From positions 96,001 through 160,000 of the IMG/VR virus record IMGVR_UViG_3300049893_001984: a stretch of 64,000 nucleotides of DNA; one strand, written 5' to 3'. The stretch comes from a virus. Position 1 is the first letter of the stretch; each line of letters starts with the position of its first letter. The translations under genes were made by a program, and so were the position numbers. The notes under the pieces are model-generated. The model made no database searches and was not told the DNA's origin. It saw nothing but the letters and a program-made list of their open reading frames with translations. This document shows, in pieces, positions 1 through 9,114 of this stretch.

Positions 1-286
1 TAAATGTTGATCGCAGCTCTTCTCCGTTAACTATTCTTTCTTTGCCAGCAGCTAACCGCCAGCAAATGTCTTCTACCACTTCCACACCGCCCTTGCCTTG
101 AAAGCAGGAAAGTGCCTGGTATAGCGCCCTTGTTGTGTCTTGTTCGAGCTTAGTTACCAGCGATGCTACGAACAGGATTCGGTCAAAGGCCGCGCCTTCC
201 AGTGTTACGTCTGTGAATGAGGGGGTGCAAAGTTCGGACATCAACTTACCCATTAAGTTGAAAACCGTTTTCACCTTTGTTTTCAT
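1..286 (-). CDS. Hypothetical protein, truncated at window edge
   Basis: ATG at 286 opens a frame (MKTKVKTVFNLMGK...) with no stop before position 1; directly follows the stop of the 291..1229 gene. Confidence 0.55.
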   Translation of the reverse strand, partial: MKTKVKTVFNLMGKLMSELCTPSFTDVTLEGAAFDRILFVASLVTKLEQDTTRALYQALSCFQGKGGVEVVEDICWRLAAGKERIVNGEELRSTF

Positions 287-290
287 TCCT

Positions 291-1229
291 TTAGGAAGAG
301 GCATTTGCCCTCCACCGTTCGTAAGCAACCCAGAGTTTCTTGTCCACAAACTGGTCTACGGATTGGAAAATGTCTTTGCTTAAATTCAAACGCACTAAAT
401 CTTGCTTACCGGATGCTGCCGCTATGCTTATGGATTTTAACTCTTTCAAGGATCTAGCCATCGGTTCAACCATAGTTGAAATAGACTTGTACACCGGATG
501 CATTAGCAGCAGTGGAGAACATCCAGAAGCCATGGCTCCAATTAAGTTAGGCGAAACAATTGACGCAGCTAGATCAGTTATGCGTGGCGCTGGTACATAG
601 TTTTTTATCCGCATGTACGAGATCTGATCACGGTCTACGTACGTGATGTCGCTGATCTCTTCTGGTATACGGTGGTGTGGGTCGCGGAATGCAAGAACTT
701 CAAGCTTAAGGCCATCTCCGGCTTGTTTGAGCCACTTTTGGGTCTGAGCTATCTGAGAGAAATCTGTATCGTTAACGGTGTTAATCACAGTCCCAAGTTT
801 TATCTCTTCCTGACCCAATGAAACTTTGGCGCTAGCTAAAGGTTTCCAGCTAAAAAGGACAGGGAATGCGGCTGACGCTCTTTTAACCACCGTAACGCTG
901 TTTGTGAACAAACAATGAAACCCAGATTCATGGATTGAGACGTTAAGTTGAATCAAGTGTCTAAGATCATCAAAGCAAGTTGAAACCAGTACGGTCCAGG
1001 GTCTTCCCAGTATGATAAGTTTGTTTGCCAAGTACCATTCTGCTGCATCAAGACACAGAATCATGTCATACTCTAAATAGAAGACTGACGGGTCGATGTT
1101 GTCGGTATCAACTGCTATTACTGTTACCTCTCCGCCAAACCCAGAATGGGCTGAGAGGCTAGCCGCCATTTCCTTAACGTAAGGATCTGTCCCAAGCTGT
1201 TTCACAGAGTAAAGGACCAACGTCTTCAT
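291..1229 (-). CDS. Putative divergent GT-B-like glycosyltransferase
   Basis: 312-aa ORF with SD; LIGAMASGCSPLL resembles the GT-B EAMAxGxPV signature; function weakly supported. Confidence 0.35.
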   Translation of the reverse strand: MKTLVLYSVKQLGTDPYVKEMAASLSAHSGFGGEVTVIAVDTDNIDPSVFYLEYDMILCLDAAEWYLANKLIILGRPWTVLVSTCFDDLRHLIQLNVSIHESGFHCLFTNSVTVVKRASAAFPVLFSWKPLASAKVSLGQEEIKLGTVINTVNDTDFSQIAQTQKWLKQAGDGLKLEVLAFRDPHHRIPEEISDITYVDRDQISYMRIKNYVPAPRITDLAASIVSPNLIGAMASGCSPLLLMHPVYKSISTMVEPMARSLKELKSISIAAASGKQDLVRLNLSKDIFQSVDQFVDKKLWVAYERWRANASS

Positions 1230-1344
1230 TCGGTATCTCCTTGCCTCCTTTATAGGTGTTACTGAAAATACGTCTAGCGCAAAAGAAAGGGCAGGCGCTC
1301 ACGCACCTGCCCTTACCCCCCTTTCTTGTAGGCGGTTTACCGCT

Positions 1345-1821
1345 CTACGGGGTTATGCTCTTACGAATAGTTTCAAGGCCGGTTGCAGCCCCATCACAAA
1401 ACGCAGCAACTAGCTCAGCCGAGCTACTGCCTTTTACCTTCCAGTCTGGATGCTTTTCAAACAGACGATCAAGTTCAGACAGCAGTAGTTTGGCTGCCTT
1501 CTTTGATGCAACCTTGTACAACTTCTGGTCATCTCGGAAAGCCTTATCAAGGGCAGCTTCAACTTCTGGGAGAATGACCGTGAAGCCTTCGTCTGTCCAT
1601 CCGTGAAGGTTCTCACGCAGTTTGTCTGTAACAATTCGGATACCGGAGACAACATCCGGAGATGGCTTGTCTATGGCCACGTAGAGAGCCATCGCTGCAC
1701 GTCCAGCAAGCTCCGCCATGTCCTTTTTGCTCTCGGCTGACGTAGTGTTGTTGCCACAGCTTGTGCACGTCAAAGCAGCGAGAGCAACCAAATAAACACT
1801 GATGGCCTTTAGGTTATGCAT
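1345..1821 (-). CDS. Putative lipoprotein
   Basis: Hydrophobic N-terminus followed by Cys (ALAALTCTSCG); start reassigned to MHNLK at 1821. Confidence 0.55.
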   Translation of the reverse strand: MHNLKAISVYLVALAALTCTSCGNNTTSAESKKDMAELAGRAAMALYVAIDKPSPDVVSGIRIVTDKLRENLHGWTDEGFTVILPEVEAALDKAFRDDQKLYKVASKKAAKLLLSELDRLFEKHPDWKVKGSSSAELVAAFCDGAATGLETIRKSITP

Positions 1822-2164
1822 CTTTTGTCTTTCCTTTTCTTCTTTCACCAGCCCTCAGCCTGAAAAGACCTAACGAGATCTCATCCGAAGGGAAGAAGGC
1901 CCTGAAACAGTCGTACTCCTTTATAAGCCAAGGATCCACATATATGACCTGTGGAGTTTTGGTTAAAGGTTTACTTAGCTGAACCGACCTCCCTGCTTTA
2001 CTGCAAAGAAGTTCGAAACAGTTTGAACAGTAGAACGTGAACCTGGTTACGTCGCCTCTGTAACTAAGCTGAATCACAGGTTCATTGTTTTCGGAGGGTA
2101 ACATACACAAGCGACAGCTTGCCGGTAAGTCCAGCAGCTCTGCTGTGAATGTAACCATTTCCAT
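1814..2164 (-). CDS. Hypothetical protein with two CxxC motifs
   Basis: CRLC and CSNC; tightly packed in minus-strand run. Confidence 0.5.
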   Translation of the reverse strand: MEMVTFTAELLDLPASCRLCMLPSENNEPVIQLSYRGDVTRFTFYCSNCFELLCSKAGRSVQLSKPLTKTPQVIYVDPWLIKEYDCFRAFFPSDEISLGLFRLRAGERRKGKTKDA

Positions 2165-2527
2165 TTATCTGTTATCGCCTTCGCTCTTTATCACATTGCG
2201 AATTTGACGATCTTTTAGCTTTTCCAAGTTTATCTTAGCCACGTCACCAAGCGTGAAACCGAGACGCAAAGCAAGATCGGCTATATACCATTGAACATCA
2301 CCAAGCTCCTTTATGAGCTCGATCTTCTGTTCTGGTGTATAGTCCTTGATCTCCCGCGCTTCGAAATTACGGTAGTACTTTCCAACCTTCTCCGCAAACT
2401 CACCTGATTCTCCAGCGAGCTTAAGGGTGGAGTACATTATAGACTTGTCTTTATCCGGGTATTGTGCAGTCAAGACTGCCAAAGCCTGGTATTCGTCTAA
2501 TGTCATTTTGTTGGTGAAGTTGCTCAT
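2165..2527 (-). CDS. MazG-like NTP pyrophosphohydrolase
   Basis: LAGESGEFAEKVGK and KELGDVQWYIADLA, NLEKL..R motifs of all-alpha NTP-PPases. Confidence 0.9.
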   Translation of the reverse strand: MSNFTNKMTLDEYQALAVLTAQYPDKDKSIMYSTLKLAGESGEFAEKVGKYYRNFEAREIKDYTPEQKIELIKELGDVQWYIADLALRLGFTLGDVAKINLEKLKDRQIRNVIKSEGDNR

Positions 2528-2718
2528 TGCCTATCCAACTCGGGTGGTATCTCAAGAGACGTTAGTAGATTAACTACCCCTGAGACGTCTTTTATGTTTG
2601 CACGACACGCAATTTGCGTGGCGTCATCGTAATTAAAATTAACTGGAATCCTAGGCCGTAGCCTATCCATCATTAGAACTTCTAGAACTAGTGCTCTGAC
2701 TTCGCGTTCATCCATCAT
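2524..2718 (-). CDS. Hypothetical protein
   Basis: ATGA overlap with MazG-like gene. Confidence 0.5.
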   Translation of the reverse strand: MMDEREVRALVLEVLMMDRLRPRIPVNFNYDDATQIACRANIKDVSGVVNLLTSLEIPPELDRQ

Positions 2719-2773
2719 GGCGGCAGTTTCCAGTTACTGTTACTGTTTTAATTAACCCCCAGCCTCCTCCTTT

Positions 2774-3439
2774 CTAAATGGACCCAGCAGGTTGCTCAGA
2801 CAACCCACGTCTAGCTGAGTCGTTTGTTTTAACACCGTAGCTATACGCCTTGAACTTATATCCATTTTGGCGTACAGCTTCCCCCAACTTTGTATCACCA
2901 CCATTGTGACTAAGCCTGGGGTCAGGCCAGTCAATGGCCCTTAGCACGTCAGTACGTATCCCCCAATAGGATCCTTGCGCAAATGTGACCCCTGGGACAT
3001 TACGTACCTTTTCAGGCGATATGCCTTTGTACCACGACGCTTTCTGTATGAACTCCAGCTCGCCCGGACGCCAAATCCAAAGCCAAGGTTCACCGAAGTA
3101 ATGGAAATCAGCAGACGGCGAAAGCATGTACCGAACACTCAAGAGCCAGTCTGGCTTGACTATGTGAGCATCGTCATCAAACCAAATAACCCATCTTGCC
3201 TGTATGTCTTTTTTGAACATGTTTCGCATGGCAATGTACTTGGGTACATTTTCACTGCTAAAGTGACAGTTAAACCCAAGATTGCCAACCAGTTCAACTG
3301 TTTGACTGCAGACCTGGTTACCCCAGAGATTAACTTCAATATCACTAACGCCACCAACCTGCTTATAGAGGCTAGTCAAGAACCTCTTATGCAGATCGTG
3401 GTAATCACCGTATAGCAGTCCAAATATCGATAAAAACAT
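2774..3439 (-). CDS. GT-A fold glycosyltransferase (GT2-like)
   Basis: WVIWFDDDA (DxD) motif, N-terminal beta-strand/helix pattern, GGDTKLGE late motif. Confidence 0.65.
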   Translation of the reverse strand: MFLSIFGLLYGDYHDLHKRFLTSLYKQVGGVSDIEVNLWGNQVCSQTVELVGNLGFNCHFSSENVPKYIAMRNMFKKDIQARWVIWFDDDAHIVKPDWLLSVRYMLSPSADFHYFGEPWLWIWRPGELEFIQKASWYKGISPEKVRNVPGVTFAQGSYWGIRTDVLRAIDWPDPRLSHNGGDTKLGEAVRQNGYKFKAYSYGVKTNDSARRGLSEQPAGSI

Positions 3440-3448
3440 TTTTACGCC

Positions 3449-3751
3449 TTAGGGTAGTATTAACGGGCGAAGGGTGGTTCCTGGCACACCTCCAGCTCCT
3501 GATCTTATTTCACGCATTCTGTCAAAATCGTTCTTCTCTTCGCCGTTCCTACTCCTGGCGGCTTGGTATGAGTGTTCGAGCTTTGACACAGTGCGCTTCA
3601 ACTCGCAAAGCATTGCCCACACCTGCTCAGGCGCCAGTTGTTTCTCAATTATCTTCTCCTCGAAGATAATACTATTCCGTTCTAGCGGCATACCATTTAC
3701 CGTAACCTCTCGGTTACCGTGAAGTTCCGCTTTGAACAAAATTAAAATCAT
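3449..3751 (-). CDS. Hypothetical protein
   Basis: ORF with SD in gene run. Confidence 0.5.
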   Translation of the reverse strand: MILILFKAELHGNREVTVNGMPLERNSIIFEEKIIEKQLAPEQVWAMLCELKRTVSKLEHSYQAARSRNGEEKNDFDRMREIRSGAGGVPGTTLRPLILP

Positions 3752-3771
3752 CGTCTCTCTCCAAGTTGACT

Positions 3772-4677
3772 TTACTGCGACCTACCTTTTCTAACATTAC
3801 GCCAGTATTCATCAAGCACAAGCAACGAATCTTCTTCCATCCCAGCCTTAGCTGCCTCTTCCATGGTCAAGTTTGTCCATACTATCTTGAGGGAAGGGTT
3901 TACAAATTGGTCGGCGATTATGGCTAGGCGTCCAAGAACCTTATGCCTGTAAATCTGCAAGTCACGACGTCTGTGCCACCATGCTGTGGCCACTACTTCT
4001 GTACACGAGAAGGCGACGTCGTACTCAGCTTTAGTTGAATTGTGCGCAGACCAATGCAGCTCATCAAGCGTATCGTCGTCTGGCAAATCACGCGTGTTTA
4101 GATGAAAAGCGGAGATTGCGTCTTCTATGTCAAATCTGAACCTGTCGTCGTAAACAGACCCCACCAACCTCTTTGCGTTGTCAGCCGCCAAGGTTGCGTC
4201 CACGTCAGTTACACTTACAGGTCGAAGTATCATCATCTTATCTGACAGCGCGTGTATTGGATGGCGCTCAACTACACCCTCCGAAATAGCCTCGACTATT
4301 CGGCATTCGGTTACATCTACAACCCTTTTCTTTTCACTGCGAATTGATTTGGGGCCCTGTGTAAATATAAAAGCGTGCTTAAACACGCCAGGTATGGCCA
4401 TATTTGAAAAAATAAAACCATGTTTAGTGGATACCCCAATGTCACCCTGCTCCACGTATTTAAGCGCTTCAAGCCACTCGTCATAGGATGTTTTGTAGGA
4501 ATGAACGCCAAACCCGATGTACGGGAAATGAGGGAAAACGCGTATATCGCCAGCCCAGAATGCTAGTCTTCGCCAGCCGCGCTGTAGCCGTGAATAATGC
4601 CCAACTGATCTGTCGGGTCGAGTGATGTACATAAACCACAGTACAAATACAAGCGTACAAATTAATCCGTATAGCAT
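3772..4677 (-). CDS. Permuted papain-like amidase (YaeF/YiiX, NlpC/P60 superfamily) with N-terminal membrane anchor
   Basis: QGDI, FKHAFIF (His), IVEAISEGV, LVGSVYD and AFSCTEVV (Cys) in permuted order; N-terminal hydrophobic segment. Confidence 0.8.
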   Translation of the reverse strand: MLYGLICTLVFVLWFMYITRPDRSVGHYSRLQRGWRRLAFWAGDIRVFPHFPYIGFGVHSYKTSYDEWLEALKYVEQGDIGVSTKHGFIFSNMAIPGVFKHAFIFTQGPKSIRSEKKRVVDVTECRIVEAISEGVVERHPIHALSDKMMILRPVSVTDVDATLAADNAKRLVGSVYDDRFRFDIEDAISAFHLNTRDLPDDDTLDELHWSAHNSTKAEYDVAFSCTEVVATAWWHRRRDLQIYRHKVLGRLAIIADQFVNPSLKIVWTNLTMEEAAKAGMEEDSLLVLDEYWRNVRKGRSQ

Positions 4678-4759
4678 AAGCAGGCCTCCTGATTGTCTTT
4701 ACAGTTTAAGGCTAGCTTATGCTACAGGCAATAAGACTGATATTTATTCGTTAGACATT

Positions 4760-4969
4760 TCAGAAACCTTCATCATCACCGTCATCATCATCATCCGAAT
4801 CTTCCTCAGAAATTAGTGCGTCATCAAGGGTTTCGAGCAGCTTGTGCAAAACTGTATCGTCGTCTGCCGCCGATATCTGACTGATGAGTACCCCAGAGCG
4901 GTTATAACCTGCAATGTAAAAACCGCCTGGGAACTGTTTCTCCAACAGTTCTAGAATATATTCTGGCAT
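4760..4969 (-). CDS. Small acidic hypothetical protein
   Basis: 69 aa with D/E-rich tail, SD present. Confidence 0.5.
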   Translation of the reverse strand: MPEYILELLEKQFPGGFYIAGYNRSGVLISQISAADDDTVLHKLLETLDDALISEEDSDDDDDGDDEGF

Positions 4970-5030
4970 GGTAGGCCCTCCAAGCGAAGACTCTATAACG
5001 ATAACGCTTAGCCTACCTCCCGTCCATTAT

Positions 5031-5267
5031 TTACTTGTACCACAACCGATAGTCAAACTCGTCGAACCCAAACCACGTTTTGCCGTCTTTTGACCACTTC
5101 CACACATCGTTCTGCCAGAAATCGTACTTGTGAGGGAGATCTATGCACCCGTTCTTTATTAGCTCCCGTACCTTACGGCGCTCTGCACGGTGCGCTCTTA
5201 CTTTATCTTCTTTCTCGGATTCGCTGCATGCGCCCATTTTAGGTGTGTGTCGTAGGCTTCTGCTCAT
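5031..5267 (-). CDS. Small basic conserved hypothetical protein
   Basis: MSRSLRHTP...SEKEDK...W..KDGK pattern recalled from phage/bacterial small proteins; SD GAGGA. Confidence 0.6.
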   Translation of the reverse strand: MSRSLRHTPKMGACSESEKEDKVRAHRAERRKVRELIKNGCIDLPHKYDFWQNDVWKWSKDGKTWFGFDEFDYRLWYK

Positions 5268-5282
5268 TATGTCCTCCTCGAG

Positions 5283-5447
5283 CTAATAAAGATTTTCTGT
5301 GTCTTCCTTCTCACTCTGCGTACGTTGCCTGGTCTTGGCTGTGCCGCATCGGCTACACTTCCCTTTATGTGCTCCTTTCGGGAACAGGTGTTTAGTGGTG
5401 GTCATACAGAACGAACAGTAATTAAGATCTTTTTGTCCTCGGCGCAT
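5283..5447 (-). CDS. Small zinc-ribbon protein
   Basis: CSFC and CSRC; start moved to MRRGQ behind AGGAGG. Confidence 0.55.
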   Translation of the reverse strand: MRRGQKDLNYCSFCMTTTKHLFPKGAHKGKCSRCGTAKTRQRTQSEKEDTENLY

Positions 5448-5455
5448 ATAACCTC

Positions 5456-5851
5456 CTACTCGTATCCGGGTAGGGTTATAGTCGCCATAAGGCACCAGGC
5501 CTCCGGATTAAGCTTTTCTATTATACATAAAGCAAGTGATCGTTCCCCGGATTCATTTGAAGAAGTCCAGACCCATCCTTTTTTACTGTCCAAAACGGCC
5601 CTTACTTGAGGGGTCCACCCTTCCCTAAGAACTGCTTCGCTAACCAGCTTGCCAGGTACAACAATGCTTGGCTGATCAAACTTATTGTCCATGTCCGCTC
5701 TAATATACCGCGCTGTAAGCGGAAGAGACCATGGAATAATCCTAAACTTAAAGTTAGGGGCCATCTTCTTTAACAGGTGTAGCGCACTCATTCTTGGATG
5801 CCGACCGCAGTTACTCAGCACAGTCAGTATGTTGTTATTTTCAGAGTGCAT
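5456..5851 (-). CDS. Hypothetical protein
   Basis: ORF in minus-strand run. Confidence 0.5.
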   Translation of the reverse strand: MHSENNNILTVLSNCGRHPRMSALHLLKKMAPNFKFRIIPWSLPLTARYIRADMDNKFDQPSIVVPGKLVSEAVLREGWTPQVRAVLDSKKGWVWTSSNESGERSLALCIIEKLNPEAWCLMATITLPGYE

Positions 5852-5869
5852 AATTCACCTTAGCAAAGG

Positions 5870-6565
5870 TCATACCGATTTTCTTTTAATGGTTTCTCTT
5901 AAAGAAGATTGGAAGTAAGGGTCGCTGCAGTTTTCTACGAAATTATCTGCGTCTAAAGTTACATCAAGTAACTCGGCCCTTTTATCTTTTATGTTTGACC
6001 ACCCCAATTCCTGGTAAGCCAGGATTGGACGAACTTTGTACTTAGTGGCGATCGCGTGGTTATACGCCAGGTCTATTGAAAGCCCTTCTCTTCTTTCTGT
6101 TGACCTCAGCGCCTCAGCTGCGCAGCTTAAATTAATCCCAATCAGGTGTGTCTGGACCTGTTTTTGTATTAGTTCCAAATGTTTGCTGACCTTTACGGTC
6201 TTGTGAGGAGCCAGGTCTAAGCCCCCCATAAAAAGAAAGCCCCAGGTTTTTAAGGCCGCTATCTCTTCCAGGGTCTCCTTCCATATTTCGTGAAAGTCAT
6301 CCCTGAACACAGCGTCGTCTTCAATTATTAAAATGCTTTTCCATCTCTTGTCTATCATCTCATCAAGTAGCTTTCGGTGCATCATGGCAATACCTCGGTC
6401 ACCAATAGAGTGAAACTTACCTCTATCGGGAGGTCTTGTGGCTTCCAGCCTTTCCGCCTTGATACCGAGTTTATCTAGACGAGCTGTCATGCGTTCGAGC
6501 CTATCCGTACGTATGCTTAGATTAATTAAAAACACCTTTTCGAATAAACCTAAATGCAGACTCAT
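5870..6565 (-). CDS. Glycosyltransferase family 25-like
   Basis: INLSIRTDRLERM and LIIEDDAVF motifs; start at MSLHL behind GGAGG. Confidence 0.8.
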   Translation of the reverse strand: MSLHLGLFEKVFLINLSIRTDRLERMTARLDKLGIKAERLEATRPPDRGKFHSIGDRGIAMMHRKLLDEMIDKRWKSILIIEDDAVFRDDFHEIWKETLEEIAALKTWGFLFMGGLDLAPHKTVKVSKHLELIQKQVQTHLIGINLSCAAEALRSTERREGLSIDLAYNHAIATKYKVRPILAYQELGWSNIKDKRAELLDVTLDADNFVENCSDPYFQSSLRETIKRKSV

Positions 6566-6582
6566 TAACCCCTCCCTTAATT

Positions 6583-6608
6583 GCCCCCAGAGCAATCGCT
6601 CTGGGGGC
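6583..6608 (-). terminator. Stem-loop, possible terminator
   Basis: GCCCCCAGAGC-AATC-GCTCTGGGGGC, perfect 11-bp stem; weak U tail. Confidence 0.55.
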
Positions 6609-6616
6609 GTTTGACT

Positions 6617-7153
6617 TCACGGAACATAATACGGACGTGGCTGCTGCGAAACCTCGTCATTGTACTTTTTGCCAGCTCTTTCAATTTCTTCCCACTCTCT
6701 GTTCTTCTTCTTCTGCTCGCGCAGATAGATCTCGAACATGTCGCACTCCATGGGAGACTTGCTCATGTCCAGCTTGTGAATGGGGTCTACGTGGATCTGA
6801 CCAAGACGATCGGCGGCACTTTTGGCTTTTGCTTCCGTGTCAAGGAACGAGAACGGAACGGGGCCAGAAATGGAAGCCGGTACAACTGGTCCAGGTCCTG
6901 AACTTTTCTTGAGGTTTGACACCCTCCACTCATGCCGACCGCTGTCGATGTCCAAGAGGGCGCATACCTGGTTCCACGGATCAAATCCAGTGAATCCAGT
7001 TATCTTGGCTCTCAATCCAACGTATTGATCCATGTCCTGACTCCAGTGGTCTGAACTTGGGTCGGTTGGATCAATTTGAATGTGCTTGCTGGCGATTACT
7101 TCCTCGCCAACATTAAACCCAGCGTAATTCTTTATGCTTGTCCAACTAGCCAT
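6617..7153 (-). CDS. Hypothetical protein, SH3/KOW-like N-terminal domain
   Basis: Start reassigned to MASWT (GAGGAG SD); FNVGEEV...YVGLRAKITG pattern. Confidence 0.55.
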   Translation of the reverse strand: MASWTSIKNYAGFNVGEEVIASKHIQIDPTDPSSDHWSQDMDQYVGLRAKITGFTGFDPWNQVCALLDIDSGRHEWRVSNLKKSSGPGPVVPASISGPVPFSFLDTEAKAKSAADRLGQIHVDPIHKLDMSKSPMECDMFEIYLREQKKKNREWEEIERAGKKYNDEVSQQPRPYYVP

Positions 7154-7167
7154 TTTCTCCTCAAAGC

Positions 7168-7195
7168 AAAACCCCGAGTGAGAGGCTCGGGGTTT
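7168..7195 (-). terminator. Rho-independent terminator
   Basis: AAACCCCGAG / CTCGGGGTTT stem with T-run on minus strand. Confidence 0.7.
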
Positions 7196-7199
7196 ATCT

Positions 7200-7530
7200 T
7201 TTGATGCCGAGCAGACTCCTGGCGCTGCTCGTGCCCGCCTGTCTACAGGCTTCCGTCGTTGTAAGGCCGCCACTCCTCTAAGTGACGAATTAATTTATGG
7301 GTTTGGAGTCTACCACATAAGAACAAGCGTGGTAGACCCCAAACGAGGTGGAGGTCAGAGTTAGCTTTACAGATTGAGAAAAAGCTTTGCCAGAGGTGTC
7401 ACGAGTTCCCTTTACGCCCTAAGTGGCTGCAGCAGCCAAGCGTACTTAGCGGGTATAGTGTGAACCTTGGTCTAGGCTGTTAGTCATTGTATTTCTACAA
7501 TCACGCTTGTGTATAACTAACTCGCACCCC
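7200..7530 (-). ncRNA. Candidate structured non-coding RNA
   Basis: About 330 nt without a convincing gene, several hairpins incl. a 16-bp one at about 7300-7345, ends at a terminator. Confidence 0.35.
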
Positions 7531-7536
7531 ACACCT

Positions 7537-8046
7537 TTACTCTTCCTTCGGGAAGTGCTCTTCAGTCAAGAAGGGCACTTCGATTTCGTTATTGTTTGCC
7601 TCAGCAATAGCCGAGCGAAGTTTACCTGCAAACTTAGCTGCGCTAGTTGCTTTTGAAAGTACTACTTGGTTATGAACCTTCTGAACAGCCGCTACTTCTC
7701 CAGCCGACCTGTAGGTTGAGTAATGGTCTCTTTTTCCTTTTATTACGGTTCTCCACAGCTTTTCAAGCCGACCTGCGCCGCCGATCAACTTAACAGCCTC
7801 AGCCAAAGAGCCAGAACTAAGCCCTTCAACCTTTACCTGCACTTGTAGGTTGAACAGCGACTGAGCGGTCTGCAACAGTGCAATGTTCCTCTCGCACACC
7901 TCAACCTCCTTGAAGAATAAAAGAGGGTCGCCGTGGTCTTCGTCCGCGAAAGAAACTATGGACTGGGTGAAGCCATTGGTAGCTGCTGTTTTACGCAGCT
8001 CCCAAACCCGTATGCCTTCACGTAGTTTGTATCCTGTGACTTTCAA
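7537..8046 (-). CDS. Hypothetical protein
   Basis: 169-aa ORF, GTG start behind GGAGG. Confidence 0.65.
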   Translation of the reverse strand: MKVTGYKLREGIRVWELRKTAATNGFTQSIVSFADEDHGDPLLFFKEVEVCERNIALLQTAQSLFNLQVQVKVEGLSSGSLAEAVKLIGGAGRLEKLWRTVIKGKRDHYSTYRSAGEVAAVQKVHNQVVLSKATSAAKFAGKLRSAIAEANNNEIEVPFLTEEHFPKEE

Positions 8047-8058
8047 GATTACCTCCGA

Positions 8059-8745
8059 TTAGACGATTGTGAAAGGGTCCACTCGAGAAGCGTTATGGGA
8101 GCCATCCGCCCTGTTTGTCGGTATGGAGCTCAAAATACTTGAAACAGTCGAAAGTTCGCTCCGTGGTACCAGTACCTCTCCAATTTTGAATGGTATCTTG
8201 CTGGCCATCTCTTGCACTTTGTCCATTGTTCTTTCGTTAAACGGCACTATCTCACCGTCGTAACTAACAAGGTGATTTGAAACTTCGGCAAACTTAATGC
8301 AAGCATTTCCAGGAATAAACAGCGTGACCAGTTCTAAGCGTATACCTGATCCGCAGTCGCTTAGGTTTTCCTCGTCAGTGTGAAAACTTCCAAGGCACTC
8401 TGACATTTGGAAACTCACTTGTTTATTCTCCAAGAAAGTGGCTAGCTCGCGTATTGAGCTGGGTTGGCCATTAAAAATAAGTCTTTTCTCTCCCCTGACA
8501 GCCATAGCCACCTTCAACTTATCGAGGGAGGTTAATGTGTCGCAGTGCAATCCTGACGGTCGGCCGTCCTCGTCATCGTCATAATATTCGTCATCATCTT
8601 CATCCTCATCTTCGCCGACCATCTGCTCTTTTTGCCCTACTTCGGGTAAGTTGATGCACAGGTCTTTACCGTGACTGAAAAGTAGAACCTTTTCCATAAC
8701 AGCCTTACTCACTGCCCCACCAATCTCAACCATGGCAATGCTCAT
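8059..8745 (-). CDS. Hypothetical protein with acidic tract
   Basis: Start reassigned to MSIAM behind AAGGAG. Confidence 0.6.
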   Translation of the reverse strand: MSIAMVEIGGAVSKAVMEKVLLFSHGKDLCINLPEVGQKEQMVGEDEDEDDDEYYDDDEDGRPSGLHCDTLTSLDKLKVAMAVRGEKRLIFNGQPSSIRELATFLENKQVSFQMSECLGSFHTDEENLSDCGSGIRLELVTLFIPGNACIKFAEVSNHLVSYDGEIVPFNERTMDKVQEMASKIPFKIGEVLVPRSELSTVSSILSSIPTNRADGSHNASRVDPFTIV

Positions 8746-8769
8746 TGCGTTCTCCTTTAGCGATGTCAC

Positions 8770-8801
8770 AAAAAAAAGCCACCATTTAAATGGTGGCTTT
8801 T
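8770..8801 (-). terminator. Rho-independent terminator (possibly bidirectional)
   Basis: AAAAGCCACCATT-TA-AATGGTGGCTTTT with 8-A run. Confidence 0.8.
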
Positions 8802-8805
8802 ATTC

Positions 8806-9105
8806 CTACATCCAGCTGTTCTTTTTTGACGAAAAGGTGAACGTTATTTGTTCATCCTTCTCTAGTATGAAAGACTCGAAGCCCTTTACACTTAATGGGT
8901 TTCTTTTGTAGTTCTTCTTGAACTCTATGGCTTTAGCCCTCAGCGCTGCTTTAGATCCTGAGGGCCCTACTGCAACTATCGATGGTTCTTTCTTTTTCCT
9001 TCTCCTCTTTGCGGCCTCGAGGCAGTTTATAAACCTTTGAATCTCCTTAGCACTGTTGAAGGAGATAAATGTTATGCCATCCTCACCTGGCAAATGAAGT
9101 TCCAC
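8806..9105 (-). CDS. Hypothetical basic protein
   Basis: ORF directly downstream of RNR. Confidence 0.55.
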   Translation of the reverse strand: MELHLPGEDGITFISFNSAKEIQRFINCLEAAKRRRKKKEPSIVAVGPSGSKAALRAKAIEFKKNYKRNPLSVKGFESFILEKDEQITFTFSSKKNSWM

Positions 9106-9114
9106 TCGACCCCC

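Noticed and set aside
7440-7500. Resemblance to HEARO/omegaRNA start (GACTAACAGCCTAG)
   Set aside because: Match too short and no IscB/TnpB gene adjacent
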